The notes beneath the pieces were generated by a model. It was not told the origin of the DNA, did no database searches, and saw only the letters and a list, made by a program, of their open reading frames with translations. Positions 1 through 14,405 of a stretch of 64,000 nucleotides of DNA are shown here, piece by piece. The stretch lies in NCBI RefSeq assembly GCF_006345805.1, contig NC_043003.1, positions 63,178,001-63,242,000 of the forward strand. The letters are read 5' to 3'. Position numbers and translations under genes: made by a program. This stretch comes from Octopus sinensis. Lineage: Eukaryota. How positions within the stretch are numbered: the stretch's first letter is position 1; every line of letters begins with the position of its first letter.

Positions 1-182
1 TAATTGAAAGAAACACAGAGCATCTCAAAATAAATACAGTAACAAAAAGGGTTAATAGGGACCTTGCATTGATAAATGCAAAGGGCATGTCTACTAAATA
101 TTAAATATTCACATTATAACAATTAAGAAAAATTTGAATGTATAATTTTAGATTATAAGGGTGTCTATTTACTATAAATATA

Positions 183-234
<52 letters not shown>

Positions 235-239
235 GGGGG

Positions 240-430
240 AGAATTCACAAAAAAACAAAAGAAAAAGACAGGTGGTGTAGACAACAAACAGATGTATTAG
301 TATAACGCTCAGGAAATGAAAGAGTCTTTAATGTTTTAAGCCTACGCTCTTCCACAGAAAGAAACAAGGAGAGAAAATAAAGAAGGAGAGAAAATAAAGA
401 ATGTGTAGTGGCTAGCAATCTATCATGGCA
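240..430 (-). mobile_element. Penelope-like terminal repeat fragment with decayed HHR-like fold
   Basis: Minus strand ctttCTGTGGAagagcgtaggcttAAAACattaaag; a related copy at 51540-51630 keeps GAGC/GCTC stem II and GAAACGTT. Confidence 0.45.
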
Positions 431-584
431 ATGCATACATATACATGCATACATATATATATTTAACATGTCTTTCATGCTATCATGGGTTAGATAGTAT
501 GATAGCAGTTGGCTAGCCATAGATCTGTACTGAGCTTTCGCATGATTCATATAGCTGTGTGTGTGTTGATGCACATGTATGTAT

Positions 585-800
585 TCTTTCTTTTACTTGC
601 TTCACCTATTTGACTGTGGCCATGCTGGAGCACCGCTTTAAAGGATTTTAGTTGAAGAAATCGGCCCTAGGACTTATTCTTTGTTAGCCTAGTACTTATT
701 CTATCGGTCTCTTTAGCCAAACAGCTAAGTTACGGGGACGTAAACACTCTAGCATCAGTTGTCAAGCGATGGTGGCGGGTAGAAAAAGAGACACACACAT

Positions 801-851
<51 letters not shown>

Positions 852-1010
852 ACAGGATTCTTTCAGTTTCCATCTGCCAAATCCACCAACAATACTTTGG
901 TCGGCCTGAGGCTATAGTAGAAGTCACTTGCCCAGGTGCCATACAGTGAGACTGAACCCAGAACCATGTGGTTCAGAAACAAGCTTATTACAACACAGCC
1001 ATGCCTGCAG
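585..1010 (-). mobile_element. tRNA-derived SINE family A (internal TA/CA microsatellite)
   Basis: Reverse complement of the family A copies at 48201 and 54263; tRNA-like head and 3' tail gactgaaacaagtaaaag. Confidence 0.85.
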
Positions 1011-1298
1011 CTATATATCTTAATATATAAAATCCATTCTGTCTGTTTGTGTGCTTATAACTTGAGTCTTCTACTATAGCCTTGGACTGACCAAAGTCCT
1101 GTGAGTCGGTCTAGTTGACAGAAACTGAAAGAAGATTGTTGTATGTATGTATATATATCATCATCATCATCATCAACATCATTTAACATTCGTTGTCCAT
1201 GCTGGTATGGGCTGGATGGTTTGACCAGGGCTGACAAGCTGAAAGGCTGCACCAGACTCCAGTTTGGCATGGTTACTATGACTGGATGCCCTTCCTAA

Positions 1299-1389
<91 letters not shown>

Positions 1390-1724
1390 AACATACATGT
1401 GTGTGTGTGTGTGTGTTTGTGCCTCAGTATCTGTATTTGTCCACCATCACTGCTTGACAGCCAGTCTTAGTGTGTTTACACCTCTGTAACTTATCAGTTC
1501 ATCAAAAGGGAGCTGATATAATAATTACCGTCTGCAAAAAAAAAAAAAAAAAAAAAAAAAACAAGTACCAGGATCAATTCATTCGACTAGAAATTCTTCA
1601 AGGTGGTGCCCCAGCATGGCCACAGTCTAATGACTGAAACACGTAAACAAGTCAAACAAAGATATGTTCTACCATTTATGAAGAGAATGTCATCCTTAAC
1701 AGAATCCATTGCATTATTGTTACT

Positions 1725-1933
1725 CTATTTTACTTGTTTCAGTCATTTGACTGCAGCCATGCTGGAGCACCGCCTTTTAGTTGAGCAAATCGACCCCAGG
1801 ACTTATTCTTTGGAAGCCTATTACTTATTCTATTGGTGTCTTTTGGCAAACCGCTAAGTTACGGGGACATAAACATACCACCATCAGTTGTCAAGCGATG
1901 TTGGGGGAGACAAACACAGACACACAAACATAT

Positions 1934-1970
<37 letters not shown>

Positions 1971-2110
1971 CGACAGGCTTCTTTCAGTTTCCGTCTACCA
2001 AAACCATTCACAAGGCTTTGGTCAGCCTGAGGCTATAATAGAAGACACTTGCCCAAGGTGCCATGCAGTGGGAATGTACCTGGAACCATGTGGTTGGTAA
2101 GCAAGCTTCT
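1725..2110 (-). mobile_element. SINE family A copy
   Basis: Colinear with 585-1010 and 54263-54660. Confidence 0.85.
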
Positions 2111-2319
2111 TACAGCCTAACAACAAACTTCCTCTGTATAACTTACATTATCTTTCTGTCATTAATATCTTTTCAACATGTAAGCAAGACATCTCATACA
2201 CTCATGTACCTTAAAATTTCCGAGCTTGTCACATTTTAAAGAAAAAATCCTTTTACCATTATTTCATTTTCCATGCATTTGTCATCCATCTGTACACCTG
2301 AACATATATTGGTGTATTC

Positions 2320-2690
2320 CTTTGCAAAAGCTTTTGCATTTCAAAAAGTGATAACACCCTGATGTATGACAGCTAAAATCTTTCAAATTATTATAACCTG
2401 CAATCTTCTTTGCTTTAAAAACGATCAGAATTGTAGAAACAAAAGCTCCTTGCTTTCTTTGATCTGCAACCCAATCATAAAACTAATTTTCAAGATCCTG
2501 CAATTTTGCTTTTCTTCCTTCAGAAATTACTTTTATCACCTTAAATCATTTTCACTTCTTCTTCATGATTGCGTCAAGAATGAATTATTTTCTCCATTAG
2601 TGGAGGCCAGAATACCCTTTCGCTGCTCATTTTCCTTGATCTTTTGCATTATTTATCACATTCAATTTGAACTTAGATGTGTATGACAGT
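2320..2690 (-). pseudogene. Degenerate pogo/Tigger-type transposase N-terminus (HTH plus CENP-B-like HTH)
   Basis: Minus translation YTSKFKLNVINNAKDQGK* ... LEN*FYDWVADQRKQGAFVSTILIVFKAKKIAGYNNLKDF; resembles pogo/Tc5 DNA-binding domains; internal stops. Confidence 0.65.
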
Positions 2691-3274
2691 TTTTTACTTT
2701 AGATACCATAAAGGGTGTCAAAAATCTGATGGAAAACAATGTAGTTAAGCCTAAAAGTCAATTATTTTGTACCTCATTTAACTGCTGTAACTGTATCCTT
2801 TTATTCTTTTATGTTTCAGCCCTAAGGCTGTGGCCATGCTGGAGCTTTGCTAACATCTTTTATCAATAATCCTTCCATTTTGTTTTTGTTGTTTATCTTG
2901 TTCTGTTTTAACAAATTTGTAATGTTAATAGCAACAGTTTTTAGAATATATCAATGTAAAATTAAATAAAAGCTTGATAAAGCTATAACAGGCTATATTA
3001 ATTAGAAGGCATGTTTCCTTTATGTTTCTCGACAACAGTTTTCCTTAAATCTCAAGAATTTTTCTTAGGATTCTTGTAGAATACAGTTTGGCACTTTTCT
3101 GCAGGAGACAATGTGAGTCTAAATTCCAATATCTTTCAGTCTCTAAGGTAGCATTTTGGGTATTGTACCAAGTGCACCAATCATCATAGAAACGAAAGCC
3201 ATTTTTGTCTTCCACAAATTCTTCAACTCTCTGGTGAGGTCACAATATTTCTCTCATATTAAAATTTCTTTGGC

Positions 3275-3495
3275 ATTCTTTTCTACTCTAGGCACAAGGC
3301 CTGAAATTTTGGGGGAGGGGGCCAGTTGATTAGATCGACCCCAGCATGCAACTAGTACTTAATTTATCGACTCCGAAAGGATGACAGGCAAAGTTGACCT
3401 TGGCGGAATTTGAACTCAGAATGTAGCAGCAGACAAAATGCCACTAAGCGTTTCAGCTGGCATGATAATGATTCTGTCAGTTTGCCGCCTGATAA
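3275..3495 (-). mobile_element. tRNA-derived SINE family B copy
   Basis: Shares gttgaccttggcggaatttgaactcagaa and tcgaccccagta motifs with many copies in the window. Confidence 0.85.
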
Positions 3496-3504
3496 TAATA
3501 ATAA

Positions 3505-4310
3505 TACTGAATAGAGACTTCATTAAGCAAATTGAAATGGAAGGATACAGATATCTTGGTGTACTAGAGTGCAATGAGATAATAGGAAATGAAATGAAAG
3601 AGCAACTGATGATGCAGTATTTCTGAAGACTGAAGTTGGTGCTATGCTCAAAATTGATAAGATGGAATAAAATCCAAGCAGATAATACGTAGGCGATAGC
3701 ATCACTTTAGTATGGAGCAGAAATTATAATATGGCAAAAGAGAGAAATGAAGAAAATGGATACCAAGATCAGAAAAATTTAACAGTACATGAAGCCTTCC
3801 GCCTTAAGAGTGACACTGGTAGGCTGTACTTGTCCAGAAGAAAGGGTGGGAGAGGTTTGATCAGTTGCAAGGACTGTATCAAAAGCAGAGGAAAACAGCC
3901 TAGGGTGGTATATAAAAAATGCCGTGGAGCCACTGATGAAACACACGAAGAAGGCCAACATCATCAAAACTGAAAATTGGGTAACTTTAAAGAAAAATTT
4001 AAACGAGGAATGGACAAATAAAAAGCAAAAGCATGGAAGGAAAAAAATGTACGGTCAGTTTGCAAGAGATGTGAATGCCAAGGCAGATACAGAAGACCGG
4101 TGGCTGTGGATGAGGAGTGACCTGAAGATGGAGACAGAAGCACTCATATATGCAGCTCAGGAACAAGTGTTAAGGACCAACTATATGAAGTTCAGAAATA
4201 GACAACACAACTGATAGTGACAAATGCAGAATGTGTGGTGAGAGGGGTGAAATGGCATGGCACATCATTAGTGAATGCCCAAAATTGACACAATGCAAAT
4301 ACAAATGACT
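3505..4310 (+). pseudogene. R4/Dong-clade (RLE-type) non-LTR retrotransposon relic: RT C-terminus and CCHC knuckle
   Basis: GYRYLGVLE ... SDTGRLYLSRRKGGRGLISCKDCIK ... ETEALIYAAQEQVLRTNY ... CRMCGERGEMAWHIISECPKL; stops and frameshifts. Confidence 0.8.
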
Positions 4311-4589
4311 CCATGTATGCATGCATGTATGCATGCATGTATGTATGTATGTATGAGTTTATGCCCGCTTGTTTTGTCATCACATGGTAGGTGTAAATGC
4401 TATACAAGTGGTGTCACTCATTTTCTATCTTCTATGAAAACTTCTCTGGCCATGGGGAGGCTGTTACACAGGTGAGGGTTGACAATAAGAAAGATATCCA
4501 GTTGTAAAAAATCTGCCCCAATGAATTCTTGTTTCCCCTGTGCAAGCATGGAATTTGGAAAATGGCAATGACCGTGACAACAGCAATGA

Positions 4590-4900
4590 AGCTGATCAGG
4601 ATGATGATGATGATGACATGAATAACACTGATGATGGTGGTGGTGGTGGTGGTGATGATGATGATGATGATGATAATGATGGTGGTGGTAGTAATGATGA
4701 TGATGATGATAATTGCAATGGTGGTCATAGTGGTGATGATGACAATGATAATGAGGAGGAGGGAAGGAGGGAAAGAGGAGGATGGTGATGATGATTGTGA
4801 TCATGATGAAAATGGTGGTGGTGGTGGTGGTGGTGATGGTGTTGTTGGTAGTGGAGGTGGTGGCAATGATGATGATGATAATGATGAGGATGATGAACCA
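4590..4900. repeat. Compound (GAT/GGT)n trinucleotide microsatellite
   Basis: Seen directly; source of several spurious ORFs. Confidence 0.95.
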
Positions 4901-6091
4901 TTTTCACTTACATTGATAATGCTCATGGAAAAATCATGAATATCACGCTTCCTCTTTGGTAGAATAACATTCATGTTTATATTACACAAGATCTATGCTT
5001 CCAATGGACAAATAAGAACTTACCCACAATTAATGACAAAGATAATTAATACAGCTTTTAAAAATATTTGTTATAGTTTACATTACTTTGTTGCTTTTAA
5101 ATTATGTTGTTGAGTTAATTAATTATAATTGTAAACCTGCCTTAAGCCAATTATACATTACTGTGAAAATAAACTTCTAGTCATTAACTTGAGAAATATT
5201 AAATAAGATTCCTATCTCTCCACTTACCTATCTGTCTATCTATCTGTCTGTCTGTTTGTCTGTCTGTCTATCTATCTACTAGCTAGCTAGCAAGCTATCT
5301 GTCTGTCAATCTATCTATGGGAATCTATTACTATGTCTGTTTGTCCGTCCATCAGTCCATCCATCCGTCCATCCATCCATCCAGCTAGCAAGCTATCTGT
5401 CTGTCAGTCTGTCTATAGGGATCTATCACTATATATATCTATCTATCTATCTGTCTGTCTATGCAGATCCATCCATCCAGCCAGCCATCCATCTACCCCT
5501 CTATGTATGTATATATATATGTACATATGTATATATACATACATGTATGCATGTGTCAATCTATATGTGTGTATGTTCTTTCTTTTATTCTTTTATTTGT
5601 TCCAGTCATTTGACTGTGGCCATGCTGGAGCACTGCTTTAGTCAGATCGATACCAGGACTTATTCTTTGTAATCCTAGTACTTACTCTATCAGTCTCTTT
5701 TGCCGAACTGCTGAGTTACACACCTACACCATAAACACACCTGCACCGATTATCAAGCAAAGGTGGGGCAACAAACACAGACACACAAATGCATGCATAC
5801 ATATATATATGTTTGTGTGTCTGTGTTTGCCCCCACCCCACCACCATAGCATGGCAACTGATGTTGGTGTGTTTACATCCCCGTAACTAAGCAGTTCGGC
5901 AAAAGTGACCAATAGAATAAGTACTAGGCTTACAAAGAATAAGTCCTGGGGTCGATTTCTTCAACTAAAAGTGGTGCTCCCTATATTTTTTTTTATTTAT
6001 TTGTAAGTATGTATTTTTATCAGTCTGCCTATCTATCTATCTATCACCACCATAGCAACAACAACAACAAAATCATCATCATCATCATCAT

Positions 6092-6144
<53 letters not shown>

Positions 6145-7029
6145 TAATATTGATAATTTAACATCCACTTTTCCATACTTGCAAGGATCAGGCAGAACAC
6201 TTTGATGGGGTTTTTCTATGACCAATCTTCACCTGTTTCCATGCAAGGTAATATTTTCCCATAGCCAGACAACTTCCACCACAGAAGACTCGAAATGAAC
6301 AACCTCACTTATATGACAGGGATGCTTGTTTACAATCTGTGTTTATGTCTACCTTAGAGAAAAGAATAGTCCTGAAATTAAACTTTTAAACAATTAAGGC
6401 AGAGAAGTGCATTATCATCATCTGTCCACTTTTCCTTGCTTCCATGGGTCAAACCAAATTTGTTCAGGCAGATTTTCTTCATCCAGATACCTTCCTTGTT
6501 GTCAACCCTCACCTGTTTCCAAGCAAGGTGATATTTTCCCACAGCAAGACACATATTGTTGTAGAAATGAACAACCTCCCTTATATGAAGATAATCCTTG
6601 TTAACAACCATCACATGGTGTCTAGACAAGGGTACATGCACACACACATGCATGCACATACATACTTGCGCACACACACACACACATGTCTTAAAATCAC
6701 AAGCAATTAATATGTGGAAAACACAAGTTAGACATTCAAAAATAAATGAAGACTGTTCACTACATTTATACATTATTTGGGATCAAAATTTTTGTTGCTC
6801 CAATTGGAACCTGGTCACTGACGCAGTTCCACTGCATCTCATGAGATGAATGTTTGGAGTGAAGTTCATCAGAGTACCTGTGTGTTTTTGAATGGCTGTA
6901 TCATGTTGAATATGTGCCTTCATCATCATCATCATCATCGTTTAACATCCATCTTCTATGCTGGCATGGGCCAGACCAGGTAACAGGAGCTGGTAAACCA
7001 GAGGACTGCACCACGCTCCACTGTCTCTT

Positions 7030-7330
7030 TTGGCGTTGTTTTTACATTTGGATGCCCTTCCTAACACCAACCACTTTATAGAGTGGACTGGATGCTTTTT
7101 ACATGGTACCAGAATCAGCAAGATCTGTTTTGGTAAGGTTTTTACAGCGGAATGTGTTTCCAAATGCCAACCACTTTACAGAAAGGACTGGATGCTTTTC
7201 ATGCTGCACCGGCAGTGGCAAGGCTGCTTTGGCATAGTTTTTACAACTGGAAGCCCTTCCAAATACCAACCACTTTACAGAGTGGACTGAATGCATTTTT
7301 TTACATAGCACCAGCTCCAGTGAGGTCACC
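7030..7330. repeat. Three tandem ~100 bp units of a dispersed-repeat segment
   Basis: tttttaca...ccaaccactttacaga...ggactg recurs at about 7040, 7140 and 7239. Confidence 0.8.
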
Positions 7331-8424
7331 AAGTAACTTGCAAGACAAAGATTCATACCTTCCATGCCGTAATTGTTTTAGTTTTAACTCATGGTTTCAG
7401 ATGGCATTACTTGCCACGCAAGTATACCTCCAAAATTTAAAACTGTAAACCTTAAAGAATCCTGATGCTAGTAAAATAGGATATAAAGAAACATATTGTC
7501 CTCCGGATCCTATCCATATTTTGTTGCATTTATTAGTTACATTTCCAAAATTGCCTTAATCAATTTTATATTTATTATACAGAACTGTTGCAACAGACTT
7601 TTTGACAAACCTATTCTTATCTTAATTATCAAAACTAACGAATATAATTATAGAAAACTGAGAAACATTTCCCAAAGGAAACTTCAAAAGATTAAAATTA
7701 TATGTTACTGCCTAGTTACCAATTGCGAGAATTATGTTTGAAATTAATGGTGTTGTATAATTTTTGAATGTCTTTTATTGTTCTATTATCACAAATAATA
7801 TTTCATTGTGTTCGCGTTGAAGCTTTATAAGCTCTTCAGAATTATATTGTAACTGTCAATGATAAAATTCCTAGTTGCTTAGCTACAGTCTGAATACTGT
7901 TCAAGAATTTGGACCATAGATTTGCAGTATTTGAACTTGTTGGGTACAATTATTGACAGCTGCTGCAGTTACCATGACCCACGGTTCCATCTTTGCCTCC
8001 TTTTTGGATTATTATCAAACAAAAAAAACTATTTTAATACTAATAATAAATGTAATAAAAATGCTTTTCATTTTTATGGCTTCGAATACCTCCTTAACAA
8101 TGTAGCTCATGCCGATGATGAGGGTGATAATGATGATGGCGGTGTTGTTGTTGTTGTTGGTGGTGGTAGTGAAAGTGCTGGTGGTGTTGATAGTGACAAC
8201 AGCAGCAACAACAGATTATCAATGATATGGATAAAAAGAACGGTGAAGCGGATGAAGAGAAACGAGGAGTAGAAGGAGAAGAAAGATGTAGCAGAAATAA
8301 GGGAATGAGCAGTGGAGCAGGAAAAGGGGAATTGTAGGATCATGATATGAAGAAGAAAGAAAAAAACCTTTCAGAAATGCTGACAAGGGAGAACAGCAGA
8401 AGAAAAGGAACAATATACATATAC

Positions 8425-8474
8425 ATATGTTTGAGTGTGTAAGTGTGTGTGTGTATATATATATACCTATATAT

Positions 8475-8547
<73 letters not shown>

Positions 8548-8725
8548 CATATGTATATATATGCATATGTATATATATGCATATATATATATGTGTATAT
8601 ATATATGCATATATATATGCATATAGGTATATACATGTATATATGTGTGTGTATGTATATATATATACATACAAACATATATATATATGTATATATGTAA
8701 ATGTGTGAGTATATATAAATATGTA

Positions 8726-8761
<36 letters not shown>

Positions 8762-8960
8762 CATACATATACACAAAATATACAATATATTTTTGCAATA
8801 TATATATACATACACACAATATATATATGTGTATATATACAAAATATACAATATATTTATACAATATATATATATATATGCGTATGTATACAAAATATAC
8901 AATATATTTTTACAGTATATATATACATACACACACAATATATAAATATATATATATCAT
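8425..8960. repeat. (TA/TG/CA)n microsatellite with ~55 bp higher-order unit at 8770-8940
   Basis: acaaaatatacaatatattt repeated three times. Confidence 0.9.
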
Positions 8961-9610
8961 GATACTGTGGAGAAGCAGGATAAAGAGGGGTGGGATGGAA
9001 AAGAACGAAGAATAAGACAGTTTTATAATCTGTTCTACCTCCCCCTCCCTCAACCCCCACCCCTATCAGTTTCTTTTTTTTTTTTAAACTCTCCTTTTTA
9101 ATACATTCAGTAAGACCCTTTATACAGTGAAAGATTTCAGCTTCCCTCACTTACTTCTAAGAGAAGCATATAAAGAAATCCCTGATTCTCACTTCACTTT
9201 TAACCATTCTAAAACATTAGCAAATCCTATTAACTTTATTGATGGAATACTTCTTCCGACATTAAAATTGATATTATTGATTTTTTGCACCCCGGCTTCC
9301 AACCCTAGCCCAACCCAGGCTATATATAGCACATTTCATCCCTCGTCATAATAATACTAATACTGCAACTACTACTACTACAATTAATAATAATAATAAT
9401 AATAAAGATAATAATAATGATAATAATAATTATTATCATTGTTGTTGTCATTATTATTACTATTATTATTAACAATAATGCTGATGATGATGGTGATGAT
9501 GATGGCAGTGGATGTGGTGGCAGCAGTAGGGGGTGATGATGACGTAGTGGTGGTGCTGCTGCTCCTGCTAGTACCACCACCACTGCTACTACTACTACTA
9601 CTACTACTAC

Positions 9611-9650
<40 letters not shown>

Positions 9651-9684
9651 GATGACAATGATGACGACGACGATTATAATAATC

Positions 9685-9719
<35 letters not shown>

Positions 9720-10425
9720 CATCATCATAACAACAACAATAATAATAAAGATAATAAGATGGCAAGAGCAAATGAAAACAGAAATTAAAGAAAAAAAAAA
9801 CATAACACTACAATTAGAAGTGAGTAGCTCTGACCATTTCTCTTCAAATGACTCTGTTAACCGAAATAGTTATATTGTTGCCAAGCTCTGCACTAAAGAA
9901 TTTTACCCATTTAAATAATATTTTCCCCATTTACCATCACTGCAATCATCCTTAATGTCTTCTAGTACAAAGTCCATCTTTGAGTACAATGTCCATTGAA
10001 TAACGTTTTTTAAAATTCTACTCTATATATAGTACATCATATTTAAGTTTATTGTGTTAGAATTTTATTTTCTAAATTATATATATATATATATATAATA
10101 TATATATATATCATCATCATCACCCTCATTAGTGTTTAACGTCTGCCTTCCAGGCTGGCAATATATATATATACATATGTGTGTGTGTATGTATGTATAT
10201 ATATATATATATACACACACATATATATAACTATATCAATCTACATACATACACACATATATATTTAAATATGAATGAAAAGTACCCTGAAGGATATTTG
10301 ATATAAATATATATATATATATATATATGTATATGTATTTATGTATATATATGTATGTATTTATGTGTATATATATATATATCTATATCTATATATATAT
10401 ATATATATATGTATGTATTTATGTG

Positions 10426-10545
<120 letters not shown>

Positions 10546-11289
10546 CAAATATCCCTCAGGCTACTTCTCATTCATATTTAATATTTATACACATTATTAT
10601 TTACATATACATACATGCATATCCATCTATGTGCGTGTATGTATATTTGTGTGTTTGTATATAATTATATGTATATATGTATGCATATATATATATACAT
10701 GTATGTATTTGTATATATATATTTGAGTGTGTATATATACATAGTACATACATAAATACTTACATAATACAAACACGGACATACACACACACACATATAT
10801 GTATATATATATATATATTATAATGAGTGTATATATATATGTGTGTGTGTGTGTGTGTATTATACTATTGTTCATAACATATTTTTATGTGTTCTGGTTG
10901 GATACACTTGATGTCATTTGATTATTCATTATGACAAAATGGCAGTTATGCGAAAAACAGGTTAAATGTTTCTCAAAGACTATCACTAATATTTGAAGAG
11001 ATTAATGTTAGTCTGCATAAATAGGTCTCAGTCAGAATTTCCAACCAGAATATTTTAAATTGTTCAGTCAACCAGATTACCTAAGCTCATTGAATAAGTT
11101 TGTAAGCGGTTGAATATTCCACAGACATAAGTATGAGTACCTGTAATCAATGTGACAATGCTTGACCTTTGATTGATACATTTAATCAATCTGATGAGAT
11201 TATACTCAGTTTCAATCTTATTAATTTTATCCACAGGCCATGAATTGTCCTGAGGCAATAGAAGCTGAAACATTCCTACTCAACTATGT

Positions 11290-12185
11290 ATTCCTACCTG
11301 ACTTTCTTTCCTCAAAGAATCCAGAAAAATGAATACCTTTTTGTGAAATTTTTTTACAAGTTATGCTCCAGATGATGCAGATTCCAATGATATAAGAATT
11401 TGCTGGGAAAATTTGTCTGTGGTTGGGCAGGGGAGTGTTGATACTTTACAAAAGTTGGCTTTGTTTCCTCACGACTTTCAGAAAAATGGGTATTTTTTTA
11501 ATGAAATTTTCAGAAAATACCTTTTAGAGTGTGTCGGCGACCTGGCAGAAATGTTAGCAGACTGGGTGAAATGCTTAGTGGTATTTCGTCCGTCTTTACA
11601 TTCTGAGTTCAAATTCTGCTGAGGTCAACTTTGCCTTTCATCCTTTCGGGGTTGATAAAATTAAATACCAGTTACACACTGGGGTCAATGTAATTGACTT
11701 AATACCTTTGTCTGTCCTTGTTTGTCCCCTCTACGCGTAGCCCCTTGTGGGCAATAAAGAAATAAGATTATGATTATGTTGGAATTTGATACATAAAACA
11801 GTTGGTGGACTAGCACACTTACCAACACACTACACTTTTCCTGAAATTTAAAGTTTCATTTTGTGATGTGTCAGTATGTATGTGTACAAGCCCTAAAAAA
11901 TTATTTTCATATTAAATTCTAATATAATTGTAATATACACCATTTGGAAAATATTATAGAAAATTTCATTAAAAAAATATCCATTTTGCAGAAAGTTATG
12001 AGGAAACAAAAACAACATGTGTGAATTTTCAGAAACTCCTCTCCCAACCCTCTAAAAAACTGTTTTGCAACAAATTCCAATATAATTGGAATTTACACCA
12101 TATGAAGCATATTTATAGAGAATTTCATGAAAAATATTTGTTTTCCTGGAAATTATGGGGAAATAAATTCGGTTTATGTATGCCA
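11290..12185. repeat. Diverged inverted repeat (arms ~11290-11515 and ~11955-12185), each arm with 157 bp internal periodicity
   Basis: Reverse complement of the left arm aligns with the right arm (gaaaatttcattaaaaaaata(c/t)ccattt..gaaagt..tgaggaaacaaa); SINE B inserted in the spacer. Confidence 0.8.
11530..11762 (+). mobile_element. SINE family B copy
   Basis: ggcgacctggcagaaatgttagc head, B-box-like ctgagttcaaattc. Confidence 0.85.
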
Positions 12186-12373
12186 AGAATGAAATTCACC
12201 AATGATACTAAGCAATGGGATTGAACTTGAAACAAATATACCACTTTTGTTTATTAACCACCCTTTAATTCAAGGGTATTCCCTGGTTCATCTTTAACAC
12301 CTCCAGCCTTCTCTTCCATGTGGGGTAACCATAAATCTCCCCTACAACAAAACATCTATTCCTGTCCCTATGT

Positions 12374-12712
12374 GAAGCAGCATGGCTCAGTGGTTAGAGC
12401 ATCGGGATCACAATCATGAGGCAGTGAGTTCGATTTCCAGATTGGGCTGTATGTTGTGTTCTTGAGCAAGACACTTTATTTCACATTGCTCCAGTTCACT
12501 CAGCTGTAGAAATGAGTTGCGACATCATTGGTGCCAAGCTGTATCGACCTTTGCCTTTCCCTTGGATAACACCAGTGGTTGAGGATAGCGGAGGCTGGTA
12601 TGCATGAGCGACTGCTGGTCTTCCATAAACAAACTTGCCTGGACTTGTACCTGGGAAGGGAACTTTCTAGGTGCCATCCCATGGTCATCCATGACCAAAG
12701 CGGGTCTTTACC
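12374..12712 (+). mobile_element. tRNA-derived SINE family C
   Basis: A-box tggctcagtggttagagc, B-box gagttcgatt; colinear with 51704-52015. Confidence 0.85.
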
Positions 12713-13540
12713 CATTATCATGCTTTAACTTCTCATTACCTGACATAAAGCCAACTCCCACAAAGCTAATTCCCTCTTTGGTTGAGCGATATCTATTGCC
12801 TTGTGAGTTAAGTGATAATCTCACTGCTGCAGCTGGTACCATGTAAAAAAAAACACCCAATACAATCTGTAAAGTGGCTGGAATTAGGAAGGGTATCCAG
12901 CTGTAGAAACCATGTCAGACACTAAAGCTTGATGCAGTTCTTCAGCTCATTACTCCAGTTGAACTAGTGAATCCATGCCAGCAAGGTAGATAGTCATTAA
13001 ACAGTAATAATGAAGGTGATGACGATGAGGATGATGACAGTGAAGATGATGTTGATGATGCTCATGATGATGATGATGATGATGATGAGCAGCCATATCA
13101 AACTTACATGTTTGAAGAGATTAATGGTAGTTTGCATAAGCAAGAGTTAATTCAGTGATCTTGTTTAATGAACCAAAGGATGAAATATTTAAGGCTTTAA
13201 TGACTCTGTATTAACTAAAATGGTTATATTGTTGCCAAGATCTCAACTAAAGAATTTTACCCCATTGAATGAATAACATTTTCTCTATTTACCGTCACTG
13301 CTTCTATCCTTAATGTTCTCTTGTTCAAAGTCCGTCTTTCAATACAATGAATGATTCTGTACAAATTGTGAAATATTTCTTCTCACAACATGGTAACAAG
13401 CTTCACTTTTTGCTTTTTAATGAATATAATTCTGCCTTTGTTTACAAATGAATTTTAATTGCTTGTTTTATACATATGATGCCGTACAATGTGTCCCAGC
13501 AACCTAAATAATAATAATAATAACAATAGCAATGATAATA

Positions 13541-13590
<50 letters not shown>

Positions 13591-13659
13591 GGTGGTGGTG
13601 GTGGTGGTGGTGGTGGTGATGGTGGTGGTTGTGATAAATACCCTGATGCAATACCAGGC

Positions 13660-14215
13660 TGTGGTTCTCATGGCTTCTGATCTTAAGTGATTGGAAGTGT
13701 TATCATGTACATTGTTTTGTTTTGGTGTAAAAGATGGGCTACAGCAAATATTCTGCTCAATAAGACAGATTTGCTTGTTATTTGCTTGACCATAACCAGT
13801 TGAGCATGTCTCTTAGTAGCTGACAATATGTGCATCTCTAATCACGAGCAGAAGTAGTGGGGGAGCATCATAGCCATGTGTTGAAAGGAATTCTTAGAGG
13901 TTTGGCTAATTCACCTTTGGAAACAAGGGTGGTTCGTTCAACATCCTAAAACAAATCCTATTCAGGGACCTTTTGAGTGGGATGGGCTACTCAACTTGAA
14001 AACAATTCTAACTGGGTCCCACCTGCAAGGTCATGCACTGTTTATCTTGATATGAGATCATCATGTCGCGCACATATGGTTGTGATGCATGTACCTGGTG
14101 TGCCCTTATCAGACGGGTAGTCATGATGGATATATTGGTCTTCGTATATTTGTACCTCAGCGTCACTTCGATGGCATGCACTACTCTCTCACTCAATGGC
14201 ACTCTTCTTTTAATT
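13660..14215. mobile_element. Dispersed repeat family E (reverse-complement copy at 44055-44480)
   Basis: Long colinear match between the two loci. Confidence 0.8.
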
Positions 14216-14278
14216 TTGACTCTATATCTTCTGGAGGAGTTACTTCAATCCTTTATATATTAATAATAAAGAAGAAGA

Positions 14279-14370
14279 AGAAGAAGAAGAAGAAGAAGAA
14301 GAAGAAGAAGAAGAAGAAGAAGAAGAAGAAGAAGAAGAAGAAGAAGAAGAAGAAGAAGAAGAAGAAGAAG

Positions 14371-14405
<35 letters not shown>
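14279..14405. repeat. (GAA)n(CAA)n microsatellite
   Basis: Seen directly. Confidence 0.97.

Noticed and set aside
4418-4989. Poly-His/Asp/Met/Val ORFs
   Set aside because: Translations of (GAT/GGT)n microsatellite in several frames; no complex sequence
7930-8030. Possible short minus-strand exon (GGKDGTVGHGNCSSCQ*)
   Set aside because: Weak acceptor, early stops in all frames, no recognisable homology
8219-9150. Long YI/YT-rich ORFs, including the 239 aa one
   Set aside because: Dinucleotide microsatellite; the same applies to ORFs at 10327-10875, 21882-22421, 27128-27356 and 36596-37490
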